A DNA stretch of 64,000 nucleotides. It comes from Thermoplasmata archaeon (GTDB lineage: Archaea > Thermoplasmatota > Thermoplasmata > Thermoplasmatales > Thermoplasmataceae). Position 1 is the stretch's first letter. Every line of letters starts with the position of its first letter. The notes beneath the pieces are model-generated. The model saw only the letters and a program-made list of their open reading frames with translations. It did not search any database and was not told where the DNA came from. This document shows, in pieces, positions 9,753-19,195 of the stretch. Made by a program: the position numbers and the translations under genes. The stretch covers positions 42,904 through 106,903 of the forward strand of contig JAKAUW010000082.1 in assembly GCA_021817455.1 (NCBI GenBank), given 5' to 3'.

Positions 9753-10688
9753 ATGTTCCAGCATCAAAGAGATTGGTTCATAATGATAGAATCGCAAGAA
9801 ACTGAACTTATCGGGTCCCTGAAACTTACCAGCCAGATCCTGAGATATGTCACAAACTGGCTTCAGGACCGAGGGTTTCTACAGATGCTGCCAGTAATGC
9901 TTGGCAGGAGCACGGATCCCCTTGGGCCTGACCCGAACTCATCCATTCTCAAGACAATTGAAGTGGAATATCTGGGGACAACCCTGAGAACCATGAACTC
10001 AATGATCCTCCATAAGCAGGTGGCTGTAAGGGATGTGGGAAAAATTTTCATCCTGTCGCCAAACATAAGGCTCGAAAAGGCTGAGAGGAAAGCCAGCGGA
10101 AGGCACCTATTTGAGTTTACACAGGCAGATTTCGAGATTCCATATGGCAGGATGAATGACGTGTTTGCCCTGATGGAAGACTTGCTGGAAGGTTTGACCT
10201 CGCAAATAGGCATTGAAGGCATCAGGAAGGTTAATGGTGAGCCCTTCGCTTTTAAAGGCCCGTTCAAGGTATACTCCACACATGACCTTGAGGGAAGTTA
10301 TGGTGAGGATTGGGAATATATGGCCTCCATGGATCATGACCAGCCCTTCTGGGTAACGTGCCACAAGAGGGAATTCTATGACCGGGAAGACGAAAAGAGT
10401 CCGGGCCATTACCTGAACTATGACCTCATATACCCATTCGGGGTTGGAGAAGCCCTCTCAGGGGCGGAGAGGGAATACGATTACCAGAGGATCAGAGCAA
10501 GAATGGGTAAGGACAAGCTTGCAATGGACATTTATGCATCTTACCTGGAAGAAGCAAGGAAGGGATTTGTGCCTTCTGCAGGTGGCGGTTTTGGGATTGA
10601 AAGGCTCACAAGGTTCCTCAGGGGAGCCGCGCACATCGGAGATGTGCAGTTTTTCAGGAGAGTCCCTGGAGAAGTGCCGGGGATATGA
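9753..10688 (+). CDS. asnA: archaeal asparagine synthetase A (AsnRS-like catalytic core, no anticodon-binding domain)
   Basis: 311-aa ORF with class II aaRS-like motifs: FILSPNIRLE, HLFEFTQADFE, motif 3 SAGGGFGIERLTRF. Closely resembles the Pyrococcus-type AS-A as I remember it. The alternative start is at 9783. Confidence 0.75.
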   Translation: MFQHQRDWFIMIESQETELIGSLKLTSQILRYVTNWLQDRGFLQMLPVMLGRSTDPLGPDPNSSILKTIEVEYLGTTLRTMNSMILHKQVAVRDVGKIFILSPNIRLEKAERKASGRHLFEFTQADFEIPYGRMNDVFALMEDLLEGLTSQIGIEGIRKVNGEPFAFKGPFKVYSTHDLEGSYGEDWEYMASMDHDQPFWVTCHKREFYDREDEKSPGHYLNYDLIYPFGVGEALSGAEREYDYQRIRARMGKDKLAMDIYASYLEEARKGFVPSAGGGFGIERLTRFLRGAAHIGDVQFFRRVPGEVPGI

Positions 10689-10695
10689 ACCGGTG

Positions 10696-11382
10696 CTAAG
10701 GGCTCTTCGGGGAGTATCTAACTCTTTTTCCTGTGGCTAATGCAGGCAGTTTTGTATTCTCACATTCCCATAATATCCATACGCCTGCTGATATATACGG
10801 TGCCCACTTCGAAGCAATTTTGGTTATCTTCGTATCTGTGAGTTCACCACTTATGCCATAATGCTTCTTCAGCGAATTTCGGAATCCTAGGTCATTCAGG
10901 GGCAGGACGTTCAGTCTTCCAAGTGTGAAAATGAGGAACATCTGGGCAGACCATATGCCAATCCCCTTCACTATGGTGAGCTTCTGTACTATTTCGCTGT
11001 TGGGCAATAACTCTATGCCACTGAGGTTGAGTTCCCCGCTGAGGGTCTTGCCGCTGAGATCACGCAGGTACCGCATCTTCTGGGGAGAGATGCCAGAAGA
11101 ACGGAACTCAGCATCACTGAGCCTTGCAATATTCTCTGGTATTACAGGGCCGCCCAATTTCTTCAGAAATTTGTTGTAGATAGATTCAGCAGCCTTCCCG
11201 GAAATCTGCTGGTAGATTATGGCCTGCACGAGTGATTCAAAATGGTCTCCTCCTGCTTCCAGCTTGAAGTATCCGATCCTTTTTACTAGTTCCCCCATAA
11301 TAGGGTCCCTGCCGGATATGCCGGTGAGTATTTCATCTGTGGAAATGTGGCCAAGTTCCAGCTTCTCAGGGTCCATAAGCAA
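10696..11382 (-). CDS. HhH-GPD DNA glycosylase (AlkA-like 3-methyladenine glycosylase II)
   Basis: 228-aa ORF with a helix-hairpin-helix plus Gly/Pro loop, LTIVKGIGIWSAQMFLIF, and the catalytic Asp context LPLNDLG. Confidence 0.75.
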   Translation of the reverse strand: MLMDPEKLELGHISTDEILTGISGRDPIMGELVKRIGYFKLEAGGDHFESLVQAIIYQQISGKAAESIYNKFLKKLGGPVIPENIARLSDAEFRSSGISPQKMRYLRDLSGKTLSGELNLSGIELLPNSEIVQKLTIVKGIGIWSAQMFLIFTLGRLNVLPLNDLGFRNSLKKHYGISGELTDTKITKIASKWAPYISAGVWILWECENTKLPALATGKRVRYSPKSP

Positions 11383-11492
11383 ATAGGGCTAGTGAAGGGC
11401 AGTTATATTTTTTGCCATTGCCGCGATGGAAGTTAAAATGATTAAAATTCTCTGATGCAATTTTTTTAATATTGGGGTCGGTTTATTACTGG

Positions 11493-13958
11493 ATGAAAAT
11501 CAGGTGGCTTGTTCTTCTGGTTGTTGTTATAGTTCTGCTGTCATACCTTTCCACAAATTTCACTACCCTGAATCCAAAGCTTGGGCTCTGGGAATCCGCA
11601 GGTCAGGGAAACGTCACTTCCGGCACTGTAAACATTCCCGGCCTGGCCAGCCCGGTAAACGTAACAATAGACGCATCCGGGGTCGCCCATATTAAGGCTT
11701 CAAACATGAATGACCTCATGTTTGCCCAGGGCTATTACTCTGCCAGCCAGAGGTTATTCCAGATGGAGCTTGAGGCCCTTCTGGCTTCAGGGAACCTGAG
11801 CAGGTACATCGGCGCATCAGGAGTAGCTTCTGACCAGGCCATGAGGTTAATAGGCCTCCCGGGCAACGCCTGGACACTGGAACAGGCATATATCAAGAGC
11901 TATCCACAGTACTATGGATACCTGCAGTCCTATTCCGAGGGGGTTAATGCTTACATCAATACCACTGCAGCTTCAAACCATCTCGGTTTCAAGCTTCTGG
12001 GAATACAGCCCTTCCAGTGGACAGTTTTCTACACTTTGTGCTGGCAGGAATACATGTCATGGTCACTTACTACAGGGGCAGCAGAGCCACTGCAGTCAGC
12101 ACTCATATACAATGCCCTTGGATACCAGAATGCCACCCTGCTCTGGCCATACTATCCCTACTATACTCAGAATGTAACCGTTGTGCCAGGGGACGGCACA
12201 GTCAACGGGAAGAATCTGTCCCAGCTTGGAGTAACACCCAAAGAGTTCTGGTCTCAGAACTGGTATGGGCCTAATGCAACAGGTGTAAATACAAGCCTTC
12301 TCAAGACGCTTTCTCCGATCATTAGGGGAGCCCTTGCAAACATTTCTGACCCATTCGGGATGCCTGGTGCCCATGGGCTTGGATCCAATGTTGGAAGCAA
12401 CAGCTGGGTTGTGGGAGGAAACTATTCCTCATCTGGATATCCCATGATGGCAAACGATCCGCATCTTCCTCTCACCGCGCCTTCAATCTGGATACCTATG
12501 CAGCTGGAGGCTCCTGGAATAAATGTTACTGGTTGGGACCTAGCAGGAGTGCCGGGAATTCTCATTGGCCATACGCCAACTACATCCTGGGGTCTAACCA
12601 CTCCTGAGGGAAATTCTGCCAATGAATACCTGGAGACTCTTCATAACAACAACTATCTCTACAACGGAACATGGCACAGCATGGCGGTGCAGAACTACAC
12701 TCTTGCCGGAAAAAGTTACAGCATTTATTATACGAACAACGGGCCTGTGATTGCAAGAAACCAGAATTTTGGGATCAGCCTTAACTGGGTCTCCAGCCAG
12801 CCATCATTTGATCTAGTGGCTGAACTTAAGATGGACCAGTCAACCAATTTTTCTCAGATGCTAAGTGCACTGGAAAACTGGGGCTCTCCACCGCAGAATT
12901 TTGCCATGGCCACACTGCATCATGCAGGTTACATAACCGCAGGGCACTATCCCATGATAAGGGAGGTAGTCAACAATAAAACTATTGATGTAGTTGGCTC
13001 GAGGTCGCTGCTGAACGGTTCAAATCCGGCCTATGAACCGGTCGGGAATGTTCCTTTCTCCCAGCTCCCTCAGGCAACAAACCCTGCAAGGGGATATATG
13101 TTCGCGCCAAACCAGCCCACTGTGGGCGAGAACTATCTTCACCCATTTGTGGGGGGATTCTGGGCATCCGGTGGAAGGGCACAGACAATTTACCACTACC
13201 TCGAGAGCCACCAGAACACCACAATACAGGATATGATGGCGCTGCAGTCCAATGTTTCTGACTACTGGGCTCTCATGTTCACACCATATCTGGTGAATGC
13301 ACTTCATGGAATGACCATGAACCAGACTGAAACCGCTGCCTTCAACCAGCTTTCAAGCTGGAATTACACCACTTTCCAGAGCCAGGTTGGCATAACCGTG
13401 TACTGGTACCTCACTGCGGAAATATACAATATGACATTTGACAAGGTGTATTCAAGTATCAATCTCTCCACTGTACCTGCCCCATTCATCACCTCGGCCA
13501 TCCATCTGGCCCAGACAGACCAGAACAGCACTTGGTTCCGCGGCAACTTCACTACCCTGGTCAGGGAGGCGTTCACCAAAGAGGTTGTTTTCCTGGGTGC
13601 CAAGCTTGGCAACGTCAACAACTGGACATGGGGCCGTGTGCACTTCCTCGAGATTGCCAGCCCAACGGGTATACAAGCACTTGGCATTGGCCCTATTTCA
13701 ATCTGGGGAGGCAGCCACACTGTAAGCGTGGGAAGTGTTCCAAGGGCTCTCCTGATACCTGAGCCATATGTTTCAGTTGGTTCGTCCTTGAGGACTGTAG
13801 CCTCTCCTGGCACAGGACAGTTCTATGGCGTAATTCCAGGAGGGCCTAGCGAGAACATCATGAGCTACTACTTCTCCAACCAGCTTAACCACTGGATAAA
13901 CCATGAATATTACAACATGAATGACCAGAAAACTGTGGCGGTGATCAGATATGAATAA
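11493..13958 (+). CDS. penicillin acylase-family Ntn hydrolase, secreted or membrane-anchored
   Basis: The ORF opens at a TTG at 11472, but the ATG at 11493 gives a signal anchor MKIRWLVLLVVVIVLL. Autoproteolytic site GSNVG-SNSWVV (beta-chain N-terminal Ser). About 27 N-x-S/T sequons. Confidence 0.8.
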   Translation: MKIRWLVLLVVVIVLLSYLSTNFTTLNPKLGLWESAGQGNVTSGTVNIPGLASPVNVTIDASGVAHIKASNMNDLMFAQGYYSASQRLFQMELEALLASGNLSRYIGASGVASDQAMRLIGLPGNAWTLEQAYIKSYPQYYGYLQSYSEGVNAYINTTAASNHLGFKLLGIQPFQWTVFYTLCWQEYMSWSLTTGAAEPLQSALIYNALGYQNATLLWPYYPYYTQNVTVVPGDGTVNGKNLSQLGVTPKEFWSQNWYGPNATGVNTSLLKTLSPIIRGALANISDPFGMPGAHGLGSNVGSNSWVVGGNYSSSGYPMMANDPHLPLTAPSIWIPMQLEAPGINVTGWDLAGVPGILIGHTPTTSWGLTTPEGNSANEYLETLHNNNYLYNGTWHSMAVQNYTLAGKSYSIYYTNNGPVIARNQNFGISLNWVSSQPSFDLVAELKMDQSTNFSQMLSALENWGSPPQNFAMATLHHAGYITAGHYPMIREVVNNKTIDVVGSRSLLNGSNPAYEPVGNVPFSQLPQATNPARGYMFAPNQPTVGENYLHPFVGGFWASGGRAQTIYHYLESHQNTTIQDMMALQSNVSDYWALMFTPYLVNALHGMTMNQTETAAFNQLSSWNYTTFQSQVGITVYWYLTAEIYNMTFDKVYSSINLSTVPAPFITSAIHLAQTDQNSTWFRGNFTTLVREAFTKEVVFLGAKLGNVNNWTWGRVHFLEIASPTGIQALGIGPISIWGGSHTVSVGSVPRALLIPEPYVSVGSSLRTVASPGTGQFYGVIPGGPSENIMSYYFSNQLNHWINHEYYNMNDQKTVAVIRYE

Positions 13959-14331
13959 GGGCATTGTTGCTGCGGGAGTAGCAATCTCTATAGCCCTTGC
14001 ATATGCATCGCTCTTTACCATACCTTATGCATTCGGAGCTATACTTTTTGGCATTCCCCTGATGGTTCTGAACAGGAAATACTCGGTAATGGCTGGCTTG
14101 ATCATTGGGCTGGGCTCGGCTTCCTCCATATATCTCCTCTATCCCGTTTCGACTGTATCGCAACTGGCTGGCATAGTCCAGCAGATAATTGGAATACCAT
14201 CAGCTGCGCTGATTATACTGTTCCCCCTGATGTTCGGTCTCATTGGTGCATTATCCGCACTCCTGTTCACAGGCATAAGGGAAAATCTCCTCATGAGACC
14301 AAGTCCAAAGGTGGTACATGAGAAAGAATGA
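13951..14331 (+). CDS. small integral membrane protein
   Basis: 126-aa ORF with 4 hydrophobic helices. Overlaps the end of the acylase gene by 8 nt, which suggests co-translation. Confidence 0.45.
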   Translation: MNKGIVAAGVAISIALAYASLFTIPYAFGAILFGIPLMVLNRKYSVMAGLIIGLGSASSIYLLYPVSTVSQLAGIVQQIIGIPSAALIILFPLMFGLIGALSALLFTGIRENLLMRPSPKVVHEKE

Positions 14332-14453
14332 AGGCAGTAAACCATACTGGGAACTAGGCATTGGGAAAATTGGGTTTAAATAAGAATTTACTATCATGAA
14401 ATGCCCTCCCTGGGAATCCCATTTCAGACCTAGTCTGGGCGCGGTGCAAGATC

Positions 14454-15632
14454 ATGCTTAAATTTGGAGCAATGTCCTGGGATTACAGGTCCAAGCCTGA
14501 TGAGTTCCAGAAGATGCAGTTATATACCCCGAACCAGTGGGGCGGAATTGCAGAAAGCTTCAAAGCGAACGGTTATGTTGTGCTTTCCACGTGCAACAGG
14601 GTGGAATTTTACTTCACTTTTGAGGACCAGGTCCAGTCTAATGATGGAAGTGAGAATCGGGAACACTTATTGCTTGGCGACGATGCACTGAAGCATCTTT
14701 TTACGGTTGCGGCAGGCCTCAAGTCAATGTCGGTCGGAGAGAATGAAATTCTCGCCCAGGTCAAGTCTGCGTTTGACAGCCATGTGAAGGCTGGCAAGAC
14801 TGACAAGCTGATTTCACTGATTTTCAGGAAGGCCATTAGCGTGGGAAAGGAAGTTAGGGAAAAGACCGGCATTTCAAGAGGAAAGACCTCCATACCCGTG
14901 ATTGCAGTTGATCTCGCCGGAGGGCATCTGGATTTCAGCACATCCATAGTGGCGGTTGTCGGGACAGGCCAGATGGCAGAAACATTCCTGAAATACTTGC
15001 AGAAGAGAAACCCTTCCGCAATAACTGTGGTAGGGCGAAACAGTGATAAGGCCAGCCGATTGGCTTCTCAATACAAATGCCACTTTGAGGCCATAGGCAA
15101 CCTGAAGTCAGTCATCGAAAACTCTAATGCAGTATTCTGTGCAACTTCCTCCAGAAATGTGATAATAACTCCAGACATGGTAAACGGGAAGATCCGCCCC
15201 AGGGTCATGGTTGACATATCCAATCCGAGGAACATTGACCCTGATATCGGGAAAGAAGACGCCATAATAGTCTATGACCTGGAGCATATCCAGGAGATTT
15301 CTCAGGCCAATTCCGGAATGAAGAAGGAAGAGATACCAAAGGCCCAGTCTATCGTGGACAAAGAATTGGGAAAATTCGAAATCAAGCTAGCAGAATTCAG
15401 GGCGGAGGAATTGCTCACAAAGTCCTATACATTTGCCGAGTCCATTGCCCTGAAGGAGATCAGCAGGATGATGAAGGAAATAGGCAAAGGCATGGACCCC
15501 GATGAAGCTACCAGGAAATCAGCCTCCGCACTGGTTACAAAAATTTTAGGAAATTACACCTCAGCACTCAAACAGGCCGCAATCAAGGGGGACAAGGACC
15601 TGATTGCAACGCTCCAGTCTATATTCCAGTAG
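14454..15632 (+). CDS. hemA: glutamyl-tRNA reductase
   Basis: 392-aa ORF with catalytic Cys block VVLSTCNRVEFYF and NADPH site VAVVGTGQMAE. Convergent with hemL. Confidence 0.85.
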   Translation: MLKFGAMSWDYRSKPDEFQKMQLYTPNQWGGIAESFKANGYVVLSTCNRVEFYFTFEDQVQSNDGSENREHLLLGDDALKHLFTVAAGLKSMSVGENEILAQVKSAFDSHVKAGKTDKLISLIFRKAISVGKEVREKTGISRGKTSIPVIAVDLAGGHLDFSTSIVAVVGTGQMAETFLKYLQKRNPSAITVVGRNSDKASRLASQYKCHFEAIGNLKSVIENSNAVFCATSSRNVIITPDMVNGKIRPRVMVDISNPRNIDPDIGKEDAIIVYDLEHIQEISQANSGMKKEEIPKAQSIVDKELGKFEIKLAEFRAEELLTKSYTFAESIALKEISRMMKEIGKGMDPDEATRKSASALVTKILGNYTSALKQAAIKGDKDLIATLQSIFQ

Positions 15633-15641
15633 GCCTGAAGG

Positions 15642-16895
15642 TCAGGGTTTCATATTTTCAGATATGCTCTTTATTGCTTCAATGGTTTCCCTGGTGTCTC
15701 CATCGCTGTGGGCGAAACTAAGGAAACTTGCCTCCATCTGGGAGGCTGCAATGAAGATTCCGCGTTCAAGCATGCCGTTGAAGTACCTGGAAAACTGCTC
15801 CTTGTTTGAGGCGGCAGCAGTCTTTGCATCCACTACCTCTCTCCCGTTGAAGAATATTGTAAACATGGTCCCGGAGACATTCACTCTCACTTCTATCCCC
15901 GCCTTCGAGAATGCATTACGTGCTTCAAGCGCAATTCTGTCTGCCTGTGAAGCAGGATTGCTGTAATCTGACTTTTTCAGGATATCGAGGGTTGATATTC
16001 CTCCTGCCATGGACATGGCATTTCCTGAAAAAGTGCCCTGCTGGTAGAATCTCCCCGCTGGGGAAACGTTTCCCATTATGTCTGTTCGCCCGCCAAAAAC
16101 TCCAATTGGAAGCCCCCCTCCCACAATTTTTCCTAATGTGGTCAGGTCAGGCTTCACATCAGCAACATTCTGGTAGGCTCCATAGCTGGACCTGAAACCC
16201 GTGATAACTTCATCAAAAATCAGCAGGGTTCCGTATTCCTCTGTGATTTTACGCGCTTCCTCGAGATAACCAACATTTGGGTTCACCACACCCACATTGC
16301 CGAGCACGGGTTCCAGTATGAATGCGGCTATGTTCCTGCCGAACTTCTCAAAGGCCCTGTGAAGGGCTCCAACATCGTTGTAAGGGACCTCTATGGTTGC
16401 TCTCTGCGTGGGGTCTTCAAGGTTACCGTATGGCAGGGACTCGAGGGCATAATCATGGGAGCCATGGAATCCACCTTCTATCTTGAGTATGAGGGGCCTT
16501 CCCGTAAAGAACCTGGCGAGCCTTATGGCATGCATGGTCGCTTCCGTGCCTGAATTTGTAAATCTCAACATCTCCATTGAAGGGATTGCGCTCCTGATTC
16601 TTTCCCCAAGTTCCACCTCCAGGGGGCCGGGCGTGCCCAGTGAAGTGGCCTTCCCAGCCTGCTCACGCAAAGCCTCAACCACTTCCTTCCTGGAGTGGCC
16701 AAGTATCATCGGGCCGAAGGCGAGGCAGTAGTCTATATATTCCCGCCCATCAGCGTCTATCAGCCTGGACCCTTGTGCAAGCGACATGAACTTCGGATAA
16801 GGCTGGTAAAATCTTATGGGTGAATTGACGCCTCCCGGGAAGAGTGACTTCGCCTTAGAGTAAAGAGAATCTGAGGACATAGGTGGACATTGCAA
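15642..16895 (-). CDS. hemL: glutamate-1-semialdehyde 2,1-aminomutase
   Basis: 417-aa ORF with SLFPGGVNSPIR, class III aminotransferase blocks FDEVITGFR, and PLP-lysine TTLGKIVGGGLP. Confidence 0.9.
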   Translation of the reverse strand: MQCPPMSSDSLYSKAKSLFPGGVNSPIRFYQPYPKFMSLAQGSRLIDADGREYIDYCLAFGPMILGHSRKEVVEALREQAGKATSLGTPGPLEVELGERIRSAIPSMEMLRFTNSGTEATMHAIRLARFFTGRPLILKIEGGFHGSHDYALESLPYGNLEDPTQRATIEVPYNDVGALHRAFEKFGRNIAAFILEPVLGNVGVVNPNVGYLEEARKITEEYGTLLIFDEVITGFRSSYGAYQNVADVKPDLTTLGKIVGGGLPIGVFGGRTDIMGNVSPAGRFYQQGTFSGNAMSMAGGISTLDILKKSDYSNPASQADRIALEARNAFSKAGIEVRVNVSGTMFTIFFNGREVVDAKTAAASNKEQFSRYFNGMLERGIFIAASQMEASFLSFAHSDGDTRETIEAIKSISENMKP

Positions 16896-16966
16896 TCTGA
16901 AATTAATTTTTCTGGGAACACATCAAAGCAGCCAAGTTAAATAGTGTACAGAATGTTCCTGTATCA

Positions 16967-18043
16967 TTGGAAGAGCTTACGACCACCCACCGGTTTCACA
17001 CATCAGATGCGAGGAACATGGATAACCTTCCAGGAGGTTCTATTGATCTGGTTGTGACGTCTCCCCCATACCCCATGATTGAGATGTGGGATGCCGTTTT
17101 TTCTGAGTTAAATCCTGCAATTGGAAAACATCTGGAAAAGGAAAATGCTGATCTCGCCTATGATCTGATGCACAGGCAACTTGACAATGTCTGGACCGAA
17201 GTAAACAGGGTGCTGAAGCCAGGCGGGATGGCCTGCATAAATATTGGGGATGCCACAAGGACAATGGGTGGAGAATTCAGGCTCTTTCCATCGCACAGCA
17301 GTATTTCAATGTCCATGAGGAAGCTTGGGTTTTACGAATTGCCCTCAATTGTCTGGAAAAAGCAGACAAATTCCCCAAACAAGTTCCTGGGCTCTGGCAC
17401 AATGCCTCCCGGGGCCTACGTAACACTTGAGCATGAATTCATTCTCATTTTCAGGAAGCCCCCGAAGCGTGAGTTTCCTGGCCAGGAGGCAAAGAATGCC
17501 AGGGCTGTTAGTTCTTACTTCTGGGAGGAAAGGAATGCATGGTTCACAGACATATGGGAAGACCTGAAGGGTGCAAGGCAGGACATGCAGGAATCTGTTT
17601 CAAGGGCCAGGAGCGGGGCTTTTCCTTTTGAGTTGCCTTACAGGCTAATTAACATGTTCTCCCTTATCGGAGACAAGGTGCTAGATCCATTTGCAGGCAC
17701 GGGCACAACCGCAATGGCGGCAGCTGCCAGTGGCAGAAGCAGCTGCGGGTATGAACTGGATCCACATATGGCATCAACGGCGAGAAACAGGGTAAAAAAT
17801 TCAATCCAGTTTATTAATTCAGTCCTGCAGCAGAGGCTTTCAACCCACAGGAAATATGTAAATGACGAGGTTGAACGCGGAAGATCATTTCAGCACTGGA
17901 ACTCTAATTATGGGTTCAAGGTAAAGACAGCCCCGGAAGAGCAATTGAAACTCTTCACAGTCAAGGATATCATTGAGGAAGAGGATGGATTGGTCCTGAA
18001 GGTCCTTTATGAGGTAGTTACAGGGAATCCGGGGACTGCCTAG
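16967..18043 (+). CDS. DNA methyltransferase, beta class (N4-cytosine or N6-adenine), no partner nuclease nearby
   Basis: 358-aa ORF from a TTG start. Catalytic motif IV SPPY (17060-17071) lies N-terminal to the AdoMet motif I LDPFAGTGTTAMAA. Confidence 0.85.
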   Translation: MEELTTTHRFHTSDARNMDNLPGGSIDLVVTSPPYPMIEMWDAVFSELNPAIGKHLEKENADLAYDLMHRQLDNVWTEVNRVLKPGGMACINIGDATRTMGGEFRLFPSHSSISMSMRKLGFYELPSIVWKKQTNSPNKFLGSGTMPPGAYVTLEHEFILIFRKPPKREFPGQEAKNARAVSSYFWEERNAWFTDIWEDLKGARQDMQESVSRARSGAFPFELPYRLINMFSLIGDKVLDPFAGTGTTAMAAAASGRSSCGYELDPHMASTARNRVKNSIQFINSVLQQRLSTHRKYVNDEVERGRSFQHWNSNYGFKVKTAPEEQLKLFTVKDIIEEEDGLVLKVLYEVVTGNPGTA

Positions 18044-18422
18044 TTGAAGCCTGGCCGAAGAAATATTTCCAACCTTCCCTACTTCGCACGTAAGTGTCGC
18101 TGAACCAGAGTTTGTATTCGAATGCCTTCCCGTTTTCAATTCCCTTTGCCCAGAGTTTTGCTGTTATGACTGCCGTGTCGCCAGAGATGCGTACAACATG
18201 ATCGCTGTCTTCCTGCCTTTCATAGACAACGCTTCCACTCCTGGCCTCATTGAGCAGATCCTGTTTGGTGAAGATTTTGCCCAGCCCTGTTACAAGGACA
18301 AAATCATCTGATAGAATCTCATCCATGGTGCTGGCATCGTTCTCCTCAACTGCCTTCTGGTATCTCCTGTCCAGTTCCAGCACGATTTCCTCATCCTTCC
18401 CGGATTGTTTCTTTCCTGACAT
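18018..18422 (-). CDS. SnoaL/NTF2-like (DUF4440-type) protein
   Basis: 134-aa ORF with a pattern typical of DUF4440 (DASTMDEILSDDFVLVTGLGKIFTKQDLL ... WKYFF). Its 3' end overlaps the methyltransferase 3' end by 26 nt. Confidence 0.5.
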   Translation of the reverse strand: MSGKKQSGKDEEIVLELDRRYQKAVEENDASTMDEILSDDFVLVTGLGKIFTKQDLLNEARSGSVVYERQEDSDHVVRISGDTAVITAKLWAKGIENGKAFEYKLWFSDTYVRSREGWKYFFGQASTRQSPDSL

Positions 18423-18495
18423 GGAAAAATCTCCATTACAATTAATATGATTTTAAATTCAAAGAAACTTATTTATTTAAAACTGTTGTGCTATT

Positions 18496-19083
18496 TTATT
18501 GCAGTTGTGGGAATCTGAAGCAGTCTGTTGTATGGTCATTTATTAAGCCTGTTGCCTGCATGAATGAATAGCATATCGTTGAGCCAACGAATTTGAAGCC
18601 TCTTTTTAATAGATCCTTGCTCATCCTGTCAGATAAGGGTGACTTCGCAGGGATTTCCTTTACTGAGGTCCAATTGTTGATGACAGGCATTCCTTCCACA
18701 AAATCCCAGATATATCTGTCAAAAGACCCAAATTCCTTCTTAACGTTTTGGAAGGCCACTGCATTTATGATGGCCGCGTTGATCTTCAGCCGGTTCCTTA
18801 CAATTCCCTGATTTGCCATCAGCCTTCCGATTTCCAGGTCCCCGTACTTTGATACAATTTCCGGAATGAATCCATCAAACGCATTCCTATAAGCCTGCCT
18901 TTTATGGAGGATGGTTTTCCAGCTGAGTCCGGCCTGTGCTCCTTCCAGAACCAGGAATTCAAAAAGCAGCCTGTCATCGTGTACTGGCATTCCCCACTCC
19001 AGGTCATGATATTCCACATAGAGGGGGTCATTCATTGGAACCCAGGCGCATCTTGTAAGGCTCTGGCCCGCTTGAGGCATCAT
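18496..19083 (-). CDS. tag: DNA-3-methyladenine glycosylase I
   Basis: 195-aa ORF with YHDLEWGMPVHDDRLLFEFLVLEGAQAGLSWKTIL, the canonical Tag family block. Confidence 0.85.
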   Translation of the reverse strand: MMPQAGQSLTRCAWVPMNDPLYVEYHDLEWGMPVHDDRLLFEFLVLEGAQAGLSWKTILHKRQAYRNAFDGFIPEIVSKYGDLEIGRLMANQGIVRNRLKINAAIINAVAFQNVKKEFGSFDRYIWDFVEGMPVINNWTSVKEIPAKSPLSDRMSKDLLKRGFKFVGSTICYSFMQATGLINDHTTDCFRFPQLQ

Positions 19084-19195
19084 TAAGTGAATTGCAGGGA
19101 ATAATTGATACTTTTCCCAGTGTCAACCTGAAATTGTGTCTCTTGCCGCTTGTAAATTTGAATAATTTGGTTTATTAATTTCTACGGCGGAGAAT

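Noticed and set aside
13017-13031. GGTTCAAATCCGG, which looks like a tRNA T-arm/T-loop.
   Set aside because: Only 3 bp of flanking stem can pair and no acceptor or anticodon arms can be drawn. It also lies inside the strongly supported acylase reading frame (LLNGSNPAY).
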